A stretch of 64,000 nucleotides of DNA from Octopus sinensis (taxonomy: Eukaryota), in the NCBI RefSeq assembly GCF_006345805.1, contig NW_021836131.1, forward strand, positions 186,001 to 250,000, given 5' to 3'. The notes under the pieces are model-generated. The model did not search any database and had not been told where the DNA came from. It saw only the letters and a list, made by a program, of their open reading frames with translations. Of this stretch, positions 10,673 through 21,867 are shown in pieces; the first letter of the stretch is position 1, and every line of letters starts with the position of its first letter. The position numbers and the translations under genes are program-made.

Positions 10673-11720
10673 TTAAGGATGAATCCAACATTCTTTTGTA
10701 ATTATATTTGACGTGCAGTATTCATTGAAAAGTTCAGGAAGTATTTTACAGCAATTTGAAAGTGAAATAAACGTTGAATGTAATAATTTACATCTATTTT
10801 TTATCCGATTTGCAAAAACAATGATCATTTCCATTCTGTGATAATATTTATCTCCCCAATTTTTTTGGATAAATATCTTCATTGGATTCCACACCCTATG
10901 TGAAGCAATTGAAGCTTTCATTGAATTACAAATCCCCGATTCTGCTACTAAAAATACAATATACTTACGATTGATAACTAAGGTCAACAAATTTAGAAAA
11001 GAATATTCTTCAATCATTATTGGAGGAAAAGTAGAATACAATTCATTAAAGAAAGTAATTATTTGATTTATAAATCTCTCCATATTATCTAAAATTAGAT
11101 AAATTATTCTTATTAAAAAACAGTTATTTTTAAATTTTCCTATTCCAAGAATAAGATTATCAAACTGAATAATTTGAAGATGTGGATCAAAAGATTGATA
11201 CATATAGTAAAAAAACATTTCAAAATGTCCTTAAAAATAAAATAAATACAATCAACCATTTTGTAACAAAATTTTTTGATCACTTTGATAAAACTCAATG
11301 AATTCCGAAACTTGAAACAAATATAATAAAGCTTTTTGTAAAAAGATTTCATAAGCAAATATAAAATTGTCCAACAGATGATCAGGATTCTATTTAAAAA
11401 TATTTAATACGTATTTATAACTGGTTTAAATATTAAGTCATTCGCAGTTTTAAGTGCCAAAAAATTAACACATTCATCTTCATTTTTAGAAAATATATTG
11501 TAACAAGAGATTATCTTTATTATTAAATCGTCTAAAAATATATTATTCAAAGTCACCATTATTCAAATTAAAATATTCCTGGTTAAGAAAATATGAGTAG
11601 TCGCTTACTGATGAGATTGCGGGCATGTACACAGCACATTCCAAATTATTTAACCCCAATGGTTCAGAAAAAGAATCATTTTTATCATTATCACAATTTT
11701 GAGAATAATCTGTAAACTAT
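10673..11720 (-). CDS. Uncharacterised multi-exon helical protein
   Basis: Removing four ~25-31 nt GT-AG introns gives one open frame FTDYSQNC...LECAVYMPAISS|EYFNLNN|DDLIIKII...LIFKP|NPDHLLDN...QN|GHFEMFFYY...ECWIHP*. Start codon not resolved. Confidence 0.55.
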
Positions 11721-11879
11721 GCAATGCTAATTTACCATGCGACATAACAACAGAGAGAGTAAATTGAATGAAATTTTATATCGCGTAATTTATTTATTAT
11801 ATAAACTAATTAATTAACAAATATATATTATTGTAATTACGAAAAAAAAGAATTCGGTCAAGTGTTCGAAAGCTTCATG

Positions 11880-12000
11880 GACGGGAAGCCGACGCGATCG
11901 AGAAAGAATTAGAGCGTACTATCGCAAGGGATATCCGCTCGAAAAACCATCTTGATTCGCGGGCGTCGCCTGTGATAGCAGACATGCGGGACCCGATTAA
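11880..12000 (-). mobile_element. CRE-clade 3' end fragment
   Basis: AITGDARESRWFFERISLAIVRSNSFSI is the CRE endonuclease C-terminal motif. Confidence 0.7.
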
Positions 12001-12049
12001 TTACTTGACTAAATTGAAGCTTCATTACGGTTATGTGCTCAGTGTATAT

Positions 12050-12470
12050 CCATAAGGCTTTTGACCCCGTTTCCAGGAAAATATACCTTAGTGAAATTCA
12101 CTTAAAGTTGAAAAAGTCTAAACAACACGGAAATCCTCTTAAAAAAATCCCAGAAAATCCTCGGCGTGACTTACGATAGTCATATGTGTTTCTACCATCA
12201 AGTTGAATATGTTACAACTAGCTGCATGAAAAAACTGAACATCTTAAAAGTGTTCCTCCGAAAATGCAAACAATGAATCAGCTTCCCCACACGCCAATCA
12301 ATCTACCGGCAATACATCGAACCCTCCATTACTTATGCTTGTGGGGCGTGGAGTGGGTTTGTCAGTGAAACAAACCGTGAAAAATCAAAAAAACTCAAGA
12401 AAGATTTTGGAAAGCACTACAAGGACCAAATGAACATCTATCAATCGCCTTATTTAAATAAATCTTGAGA
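12050..12470 (+). mobile_element. Jockey/I-group non-LTR fragment (RT C-terminus), degenerate
   Basis: KILGVTYDSHM.FYHQVEYV...KKLNILK and IYRQYIEPSITYACGAW. Confidence 0.7.
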
Positions 12471-12492
12471 CAGAACCATGGGCCTACAGGCC

Positions 12493-13060
12493 CTAAAACT
12501 CCACCACCACGTCTTTTGCAGATTGTTCTATGACTTTATTCAGTAGTCTGATCCGATGCCGGTTATCTTTTGTAAGATGAGAGCGACCTTTCAATGAGTT
12601 CCGTTCCTCGATTAGAGGTAGAATCCCCGACGGAAATTTTCTTACTGGTTTTGGATAAATTTTCCTCATTCTTAAGAATGATTTTCTTCCAATCAAAATT
12701 GTTCGGTTGAAGTGCTTGAAGGCGTTGTCGACCGAGTCGAAATCATGTACATCAAAGTTAACCAGTGCTTTGTCAATGGATTTGGAAAAATTGACCCAAT
12801 CTGCGTGTTTGTAGTCGTATTTCAGGTTGCGGAACCCCTTTCTAATGGGCGATTTGACTTGGACTTTTATAATCAACGGATTGTGATCGCTCCGTAGATC
12901 GTAGGTAACGTTCTATTTGACCAGAGGTGCGAGGTTGGAAGAACAAAGGGTCAGATCGGGGGAGGTAGGCTTGTCCTTGGTGTTGTATGGAGTTCTTGTG
13001 TGCAGTGAAGGGTTGTTCAGGATTACAAGGTCGTCCAATTGCTCGAGAATAGACTTTCCT
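12493..13060 (-). mobile_element. Non-LTR APE endonuclease end and linker (Jockey/I group)
   Basis: PDLTLCSSNLA...DLRSDHNPL followed by LKYDYKHADWVNF. Confidence 0.75.
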
Positions 13061-13066
13061 CGGGAG

Positions 13067-13339
13067 ACATCAACAATTTTTATTGATTATCGAGAACTCT
13101 ATTTGATTTTTGGTTAACCATTAAAAAATAATGATTTAAAATTGTAAATGAATCGGTTAAAATTGAGATAATAATTAAAATTTACATTAGAAAATAGAAA
13201 AAAATTCTAGATTCCATATAAAAGCTTTGTCTGCTTCTAACCCTAACTCAAATCTTAAACAACTAACCCTAGCGGGCTTCCAATTCTTAAAAAAATTTAG
13301 ATGAAAAATTTTAAATAAAATCGTTAGTCAATTTTTGTA
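13067..13339. repeat. Dispersed ~280-bp repeat with TAACCC units, copy 2
   Basis: High identity to 6996-7274. Confidence 0.85.
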
Positions 13340-13344
13340 ATTCT

Positions 13345-13870
13345 TGATATATGTACGTTAGTTTTTTCACCATTCTCATCTTCGATCAAGCACATGTCAT
13401 TTTGTTGATCTACCACAACATATTTGTTGTTTGATAATCCATCGTATAATGGGAGCCTTCGAATATTGGCATCATTGTCTTGTCTTGGAAATTTATTAAA
13501 AAATCAATACCTTAGTAATACTGTAGCTCCGACTTTTATGGAATCTTCATCATATTTCCATCTTCTCCTGGCTTAGTTGTGGCTTAGTCGCCATTAATTT
13601 CTTAGCCTAACATTATAGAATTAATATTTACCTGGCAATGCATTTAAGCTTCAACTCAATGTCATCCTCTGCGAAAAATCGCAATTTGGTTGAATTCTTA
13701 ATCAAGAATACATTTCCATTTTCAAAGCATATGTTTTTCGCAAGCTGCTTTAGCCTAAATCGTTGTTTTCTGTTGGGACTGTCGTCTAATGTGTTTTCTT
13801 CTTGGTTTTCTCTGATTTTTTTGATTTTTTCAAGAATTTCTTTGCTGAGCTTCACAATACGCATAGTTCC
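13345..13870 (-). mobile_element. Internally deleted Ginger-like transposase remnant
   Basis: N-terminal piece ...LRFFAEDDIELKLKCI and C-terminal piece IKVGATVLLR|QDNDANIRRLPL...KYVVV resemble the C-terminus of the 14830 ORF ([24 protein letters not shown]); 27-nt intron at 13484-13510. Confidence 0.55.
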
Positions 13871-13992
13871 ACGCTTTTTTTATAAATTAAAAAGTAGAAT
13901 ATTTCTCTAAAATATTTAACTAATTGTTTTATATAAATTTAATATAAAAGATAAAAAGCTCATCTACTAATAAAATATTTTATTGTTTGTTG

Positions 13993-16900
13993 ATGTACAA
14001 TAAAGTCTGTCTTTATTAGTTTTGCTTTTTGTTATTAATCAAAATTATATCAAAACTAATAAAAAGAAATAAATTAAAAAGAATAGGTATTCCAAGACTG
14101 CATTTATGGACATATTGAGCTTTCCCCACTATGTGTAGCCATAATGGACACACCAGAGTTTCAAAGACTTCGCTGGCTTAAACAACTAGGTCCCAGCCAC
14201 TTGGTATTCCCCTCGGCCACCCACACTAGATTCGAGCACAGCATCGGGTTGGGATTGCCTATAATTTATGTCAAGAGTGTGCTATTTGGCAGGACAGTTC
14301 ATTCGACATCTCCGGGATGTACAACCTGAACTGAATATTACTCCCTCAGATGTCACCTGTATAGAGATTGCTGGGTTATGCCATGATTTGGGTTATTTTT
14401 ACTGGCTAATATAGGCCACGGACCCCACAGTCATTGCTTTGAACGTTTCATCACCTCAACAGGAAAAAAATTTAATGTATTTTTATAATTTAAAAATAAA
14501 TTATTTATTAATATATGTCGTAAGTTATAGCGTCCGGGCCAGTTCTAAGTGTCCGGAGTGATAAATCCGATTTATCACTCCAAATCATTATGATTTTGGG
14601 AATAAATTTTATTTGTGTCGCCTAACGTCCTATACGGGGATACGGATGAAATTATTGGTAAAATGTACCCGCATGTTTTTCTGGTAGGCAAAAAAATTGA
14701 AATTTTATTTTTATTGAATTAGATAGGAAATGGGTCGAATTGGGGATAAAATGTCTATATTTTTTTCCGGATTTTTATATTAAAAAGTTTAAATTTTTAT
14801 TTAACAGTTTCACGTTTTTTAAACTGTTCATGGTGCGCTCGATACACATCAATAGCAAAGGAGAATATGATTCTATTTTACTATATCTATTGTCTAAAAA
14901 ATATGAACCTGGAATGACAGAAACCAAAAAGCGAACAATTCGAAGAAAGTGTAAAACTCTTCATTTTGCAGACGATCAATTATTCTCTTATTCCAAATCA
15001 GGAACACATAAAATTGTTATATGTCCTTTTGAACATGAAAGGATTCAATCTATTCTTTGTGATGAACATAATGAAGGACATCCTGGGTTCAATAAAATGT
15101 GTTATCTAATTTCTCAAAAATATATTGGAATTAAACAATGTATAATTCGTGATTTTGTATCAAAATGCATACCGTGCCAATCATTTAACTCTTTAAGTAC
15201 TTGTGAAAATATCAGAATGATTTCTGTGGAAAAAAAATACGAAAGATTTATCGCCGACTGTATAGATCTAAGGCGGTATTCTGCAAATAATGACAATTTT
15301 AAATGGATACTTACTGTCATCGATGCATACACAAAGTTTGCATGGTCATTCGCGTTAGAGAATAAAACATCACAAAGCATCTATAATGCAATTGAGAGTT
15401 TATTCCAGACTGTCGGACCTCCAATTTATTTTCATTCGGACAATGGAAAGGAATTCCGCAACAAAGAAGTTTCAAAACTTCTTGATGATTGGAAAATAAC
15501 TCCGATATATGGAAGACCAAGGCACCCACAATCTCAAGGACAAATAGAAAGATATAACCAAACTCTCAAACGTTGGTTGGGGAAGACTTTGTTCGCAACA
15601 GAATCTATAAGGTGGAGAGAAATTCTACAGAAGGTGGTGTATAAATACAACATAACTTGTCATCGCGCAACTGGAAAGTCACCATTTTGGTTAGTCTCTT
15701 TTTATTTACCCAGTCTATTTTACGGAATAACGGGTTTTAATATTTTGCCATGTGGAGGCGCAGAAGAAGAGATTAATTCGGAATCGGAAGAAACGGAATT
15801 ATCTTTAGAAGTAAAAACTCATAATGTAAAGTATAAAAGAAAAGTTACAGAAGACGCAAATAAAAATTTTCGAAAAAAAGATATCACAATTGGAGATAAT
15901 GTTACAATTAAAATTGATTTCGATAAAAATATAAAAACAAGAAAATATCCACTCACTAGTTTTTTTAGCAAGGAACAATTTCTAGTAGTGGAAGAAGTTT
16001 CTCTGCATTCCGTTCTCGTTGAGAATTGCACATCTGGTGAAAGGAAGACAATTCCAAAGTCAATGATTAAAAAAATTAACTTTTAAAAAATTACATTTTC
16101 ATTTTATATTCAATCAATTTGTAATGTTTCTTTAAAAATTGTTTCATAATATAAGTGAACTTTTGCTTTGTTTTATTCGACATAGGAGACGTTGCTTCTA
16201 TACTGGAAGAAGGTCATCTCGTCTAAACCCTTTTCGTCACATAAATAAGGACCGGAAGAGTTTGCACAGAATCATATGTAGCGGTTGAATACAGACTCTG
16301 TTGAAAACTGAATTTATATTATACGAGACTGTTTGGGACAATGTTTGTAAATTTTATTATCTATTTTTATGTTTAGTTTCGGTTTTCGATTTAGTCAATA
16401 TCTATATTTTATAGTCTTTTTAGCAATCAACAAATAGTTATAAAACTAAAGGATTTGAATTGAATTAATTGAGGTTAATTGTGAGAAAAAATTCGCATGG
16501 AGTAACTTACATTTTATGTTCGTTACTATGACGCTCAATCACCTGATTGATGAAAATTTCTTTGTTTAATTTCCGCATTCTTGTTAACTGAGTTACTTTT
16601 TTCAAATTTTAATAATTTAAAAAATTATTGAATTAACAAAAGTAATCATTAAGAATTTCAGATCTTAAACAAAGAATTTACATGATTTGGAGTGATAAAT
16701 CCGATTTATCACTCCGGACACTTAGAACGGGCCTAGACATTATAACTTACGACAATATATATAATAAGAAAATAATCAAATTAGCATGAAAATAATTCTA
16801 TAAAAATGTTCGAATATTTAATCTCACAAAATAATCTTGGCCAAGCATTACTAACACATGGGCTGGACTCTGAGGACATTGAGTTCATAAAACTCCTAAT

Positions 16901-18092
16901 ATGCCCCTTCTCTTCCCAAAGTTTAAAAGTCAGAGCTAATAAGCAATTTCTCTACCAGGTAAATGCCATTGATTAATTAAGATTGTCGCTAACCAAAATA
17001 ACGGAATTGATGTTGATAAATTGGATTATTTGGCACGTGATACATTCCATCTTAATTTACCTTTCAATGTGAACCCACTTAGACTGATTATTACTGCACG
17101 TGTATTAACTGTTCCTGAGAAGAATATGATGATGATTTGTTTTAGGGATAAAGTGGGGTGTTTGAGATATTTTTAGTCACTTGTGGATATTGCTACTGTT
17201 TTTAATCACCGGATTTTGATGCATCGAGTTGTGTACCAACATCCTGCTGTTACAGCAATCAGTCAAATGTTTGACTATTTTTAATATTTAAAAAATATAT
17301 TTAGGAAATATTATTTAATTTAATAATATCAATTTTTTTAGGTTTTTTGATGTTTTTACTGAAATATGTCAAATTTACAAATTTCGTTGTTGCGATGGGT
17401 TCTTTTTAAACTAATATTTAAAGTTTATATCGACCAATATTGGAATGCTTTGGCGACATGGCCGCTCTATCAGCCATGACTGACGAAATATTCTCCCCAT
17501 ACTTTCTTCAATATGCCCAATCTTTATACTCAAATGAACAGTCAATCCAAGAACCAGGTCCTTACAAACGGGCACGTGCAATTCTGAGTAGATTACAGAA
17601 AAGAGAACTCTACAAAATTGTGGCGAGTGTAGAAATTTGCCGATCCTCGAAAGTAAATTTATTCTGCAATTATTTTCAGGTTGAATTTCGATCTAAATTT
17701 GCTGATTTTATTTCCAGGGATTTGTTTCATGACTTTGACCACGTGCGTGGGCTTTATCAATCAGACTTGTTGACTTTCCATGTTTCGATTGACTGCTTAG
17801 ATTAATTTAGATTTCTTCGTTTGGTTATGGAATTGAGAGGAATCCGTTTGATTGTGTGTTTTTGTTTCGGAAATGTGATTCTATGCCATTTAAAGCTTCG
17901 GCTGAAGTATTTTGTGATTTTTTATTTTAGATCAATAAAATGTTGCCGGATAGTTTAACTGAACGTCGGCTGTGTGTCATAACTAAAACATCCGATAAGA
18001 AGTCGATTTTGGCTGTAAAGGAAGCCTTTTCGTTGTTTATTGAGGAATATTTAATTGGACAATACATTCCAGGGACGCTTATTATTTATTAA
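13993..18092 (+). CDS. SAMHD1: SAMHD1-like dNTP triphosphohydrolase (HD domain, no SAM domain), about 11 exons
   Basis: MYNK|[12 protein letters not shown]...[16 protein letters not shown]...HTRFEHSIG|VCYLAG...GLCHDLG|HGPHSH...|HENNS...|[20 protein letters not shown]...HRVVYQH...NPFD...LPDSLTE; introns mostly 23-29 nt; stop TAA at 18090-18092. Confidence 0.93.
14516..16754 (+). mobile_element. Ginger-type (integrase-like DDE) DNA transposon, apparently complete, in a SAMHD1 intron
   Basis: TGTCGTAAGTTATA...TATAACTTACGACA ends, ~70-bp imperfect TIRs, ATATA duplicated at 14511-14515 and 16755-16759, internal integrase ORF. Confidence 0.9.
14830..16086 (+). CDS. Ginger-type transposase (H2C2 zinc finger + rve, D-D35-E), one 24-nt intron
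   Basis: HNEGH...[29 protein letters not shown], then 35 residues to QGQIE. Removing 15690-15713 restores GKSPFCLFYG. Confidence 0.9.
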   Translation: MVRSIHINSKGEYDSILLYLLSKKYEPGMTETKKRTIRRKCKTLHFADDQLFSYSKSGTHKIVICPFEHERIQSILCDEHNEGHPGFNKMCYLISQKYIGIKQCIIRDFVSKCIPCQSFNSLSTCENIRMISVEKKYERFIADCIDLRRYSANNDNFKWILTVIDAYTKFAWSFALENKTSQSIYNAIESLFQTVGPPIYFHSDNGKEFRNKEVSKLLDDWKITPIYGRPRHPQSQGQIERYNQTLKRWLGKTLFATESIRWREILQKVVYKYNITCHRATGKSPFWLVSFYLPSLFYGITGFNILPCGGAEEEINSESEETELSLEVKTHNVKYKRKVTEDANKNFRKKDITIGDNVTIKIDFDKNIKTRKYPLTSFFSKEQFLVVEEVSLHSVLVENCTSGERKTIPKSMIKKINF

Positions 18093-18839
18093 CTTATTTT
18101 CGGTTTTTTTGGTTAATAAATTAAAAATTTTTGTTTTAATCCTATTAAAAGAGCGCTTGGTCACATATATAGATTTATAGAAGGTCAGTTGATCAGTCCA
18201 AGCCTGCCAGAAATCAAAATTTTCAAGGATTTTGGTTTCCTGTAAAACTGAGAGTCGCAGTTCTCAACTGACAAAGTTCTCAGTTGAATGAATAGAGATA
18301 AGTCATTATTACTAGCAACATACGTTTGTGTAAATATCTCAAAATGAATAAATTACAAATTGATCAGAAATTTATTAAATTTTATTTTTGATACTCTCGT
18401 GATGAAAAACGCATGTTTAAAGGATATTTCCATTAAACTCAATTATCTAGATATCAAATCATAATTATAAACTGTGCAAATTTTTAATGGGAAATATTCT
18501 AAGATTATAAGTAGAACAGTATATCAGATAAATTAGGATGCCAGTCAACATAGATTATTTTAAAAAAATAGAGCGAGAATTTCATTAAATATAGTTTTTT
18601 TAATTAAATTTATGATTCTACAGTGGACGATTATTTCAGTGTAGGTTTTATAAAATTATTTTCGTTTAAAATTTAATTCCGGGATCAACATTTCTAAAGT
18701 TATTCTCAAAGGAAAATAATTATTTCATGCCAATCTATCAGCCACTTTTAGAATAATATACTCTTTTATATCAATTTTTAACTTTTTGCGTATTATTATA
18801 TAGTACTGTCGGAAAATCATAAATTTAATTAAGTTTTCC

Positions 18840-19420
18840 TTGTGCCACAGCCAGTATCCTCACACACATCCGTTTCCATGCCCCCTATTCTTTGCTATAG
18901 TCCGTAATGAAGTAAGATGGTCCCCACTTTTCAGTATTTTGTTTACTCCTGTCAAGTCTTCGTTTAACGCGGTAGGTAGAGTGACTCTAGGTCTTCCTTG
19001 GATTGGGCAAAATAGTTTTCCATGGCGATGTTCGGCGGAGCGAGGTTGTCCAGTCTCAGTGTGTGCACAAAAAGTCTCCATCTTGATTCCAGGATGTCCA
19101 TGAAGATCGGTCTCGAGTTAGATCTGTTGTATGAGGCCGAGTTAGATATTTTTCTTGCGAATGTATGTTCATAATTCTTCTCAGTTGATTTCGATGAAAT
19201 TGGTTCAAACTGTTCATATCAGCTTTGGTGATTCCCCATGTCGATCCGTTATACGTCAAGACAGGAACAATAAAAGTGTTATATATCTTTAGTTTTGTCT
19301 TTGTATTCAGTTTCCTTAACCTCCAAATGTTCAGAAATTTGTTATACGCAGCGATCGATAATATCTTTCTATGGGTGATATCTTCAGAGTCACCCAGGAG
19401 TGATCCGACTTTTGGAGATT
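18840..19420 (-). mobile_element. RTE-clade non-LTR 3' fragment
   Basis: KVGSLLGDSED, YNGSTWGITKADMNSLNQFHRNQLRRI, GRPRVTLPTALNEDL. Confidence 0.85.
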
Positions 19421-19930
19421 AAATAGTCGTATATAGGAGATTAAATAGTCGTGTTTCACTTAGACACGAATGCTTCTTCAATAATGATCTCAAAGTTAGC
19501 TATAAAATATAGAAAAATCAGATTTCTTGATATATTTTAATAAAATCGTCAGTACAACTGTAATTCACACTCTCTTGAAAAAAAATTCAAAATCAAAAAT
19601 ATTTTAAGAACTCTTGAATTTTATTAATAGAAATAATAACGGCATAACGGGAAACCGACCTTTTCTTTATATAGCCACTTTTTTGATAGAAATCTTATTA
19701 CAATAAAGTAAGACCTCTTAAAGTTCTCAGAAGATGCCTACAGTTTCTAGATTGAAGGTGAAGGCAATACTACTATAATTGGCAACAGAAAACAATTCAG
19801 GTTGTTATAATAAAAAGATCCATTTAATATTAAGATTAATAAAAATATTGAGTATTTAAAATTTCTAGACTCTGCAATCTTTTCCAGAAAATAGATTTTT
19901 GAGAAAGCTCTGGGCATTGAGCTAAAATCT

Positions 19931-20065
19931 CTTTACCAATGCTAAATTTATTTATTTATTAAAGACCAAACACGGGCAAAGCCAGTTAATTATAGTTATT
20001 CCCGTGATCGCCGATTCAAACGAGGGAGATCCTTCTGAAAGGTTCGATCCTTTACCAATGCTAAA
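19931..20065 (-). mobile_element. 103-bp retroposed 3' fragment with (TAAA)n tail and 16-bp TSD
   Basis: ctttaccaatgctaaa at 19931-19946 and 20050-20065 flanks an insert starting tttatttatttatt; internal cacggg...cccgtg stem. Confidence 0.8.
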
Positions 20066-20984
20066 AGAAAATTATGTATCAACAATAAAAATGTAGGATA
20101 TTCTCAAAAATATTTACTTTTGTTTTGGTATTGGGACGAAATTGTCAGGAAATTTTACAAACACTATCAAAATTTCCTTAATGTACGATCTAAACATATT
20201 CAAAGTACTGTCATAAAAAAGTATGCAAGTAAACTACAGAAACGGGTCAATTGACAAAAATGACCGTCAACAGATTGAGGTCAACGAACTGACGATCAGG
20301 TGGACGAGGCGTTAAAAGAGGAAATCCCAAGGATAATAATGTGAAATCAAGAAATGGGCAGAAGATTCTCAACTTGAGATTAAAGTTGAATCTAGATCTT
20401 GTGACGAGGAGGAGGTTGAACTGTAGCTTGAAAAAAGGCGTGTAAATCGAAAATTCTGTCAAATTCTTACGGATATATAAAAACTGACTTGGCTAATTAA
20501 TAATAAAGATTTTTGTAAATAAACAAATTTTTTTTTTAAAATTAATTTTTAAATAAAGGTTATTCACAAACTCAAAGAAAATAGAGATAACTATCTTAAA
20601 AATATTTTTATTGCAAAAATTTTTTAAATATGTGGATCTGATTCCTGCGGCAACAATATAGATTCATGAGAAGGTTTTCCAAAAGAGAAATACGATACTG
20701 TCATCGATATTGGAAATTTATAAAAGCGGAGAAAATGCATATTATATAATCTGTTGGTATCCGAATTTGAAATTATTTAAATTGGGAATTTTCGTAAAGA
20801 AATCTTTCTGTAATCTTTTTGTCTTTAATTTGACTATTATAACTGGGTTTCTGTTTGAAACAAAAAAGCTAACTTTATCTACAAAATAAACTTAATTTAA
20901 AGTTCAACTGAATTCATATATGTATCGGAACTGACCTATCTGCGTACGCAGTCTAGCAGACAGCGAGGTCATCTAATGAATTGT

Positions 20985-21859
20985 TTCTCAAGTTTTTTAA
21001 CGTCGAGCCAAATCGATAATTAACCATTCTCTTCGAGGCATCAAAATAAATTAATTGGAAACTTTCATTAATTTTTAACTAATTGTTAACTAATTTGTCT
21101 TTAATAAACTTCGGAGCGTTTTTCAAATTCAACAATAAAGTGACTGATAATGGTAGTATATTTTTCAAATGAACCGTTGGCTTTATTTTCGCTCAAAAAG
21201 TAAAATGAATCGTATGTTTGAACATTATTTGATCTCTCCAAAGTCTAAATTTTGATATAGAAGAAGCAATAGATCCATAGAGTTGATGCAAAATTCCTCT
21301 AATTCATATGACCATTTGTTCGGTATCAGAGACATCTTTACTTGTGTCGACAGCAAAAGAATAATATAAAAATTCTTTCAATGTTAAAAAAATTATTTTT
21401 AAAAGTAAATAACTTGATTAGCTGACGGGTAAGGACCTCAGAAATACATTCTATTCTTCTTGTAATAGTATTATTACTTAATGGTAATCTTTTTGCTATA
21501 TTTTGTATATTCAATAGACAAAATTCATCACAGAAAATAAAAATAGCAGTTTTAATAAATGCTCAATCAGAATAACGTTTCGTATTTACAACAAGAAGGT
21601 GACTAATTTTATAAAACGTTAATAACTGATGCTTATTTTCCACTGGTTAAAATATTGAGGACTAATTTTTAAATGATAAAATTAATTTTATATTCAAAAT
21701 TTATTTTAAAGTTTGGAAGTCGGGGCCGCAAAAAAGATTTTCGGAGCCGCACTTGAGAACCCCTGGTCTAAGCCATTAATAAAACAGACTTAACTTTAAT
21801 TGGAAAAGAAAACTTGCAGACATCGGACTCTGAAATGACATCGCACTTGAGAACCCCTG
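20985..21859 (-). mobile_element. SPIN/GTF2IRD2-type hAT remnant with two right ends
   Basis: KEFLYYSFAVDTSKDVSDTEQMVI matches 57023-57670; ttgagaacccctg ends at 21765 and again at 21859; gccaaatcgataattaa near 21000 matches 56135-56160. Confidence 0.7.
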
Positions 21860-21867
21860 ATCTAATG

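Noticed and set aside
14740-16086. LTR retrotransposon integrase or domesticated KRBA2/SCAND3-type gene
   Set aside because: Flanked by inverted, not direct, repeats with a TSD; no RT, RNase H or gag nearby.
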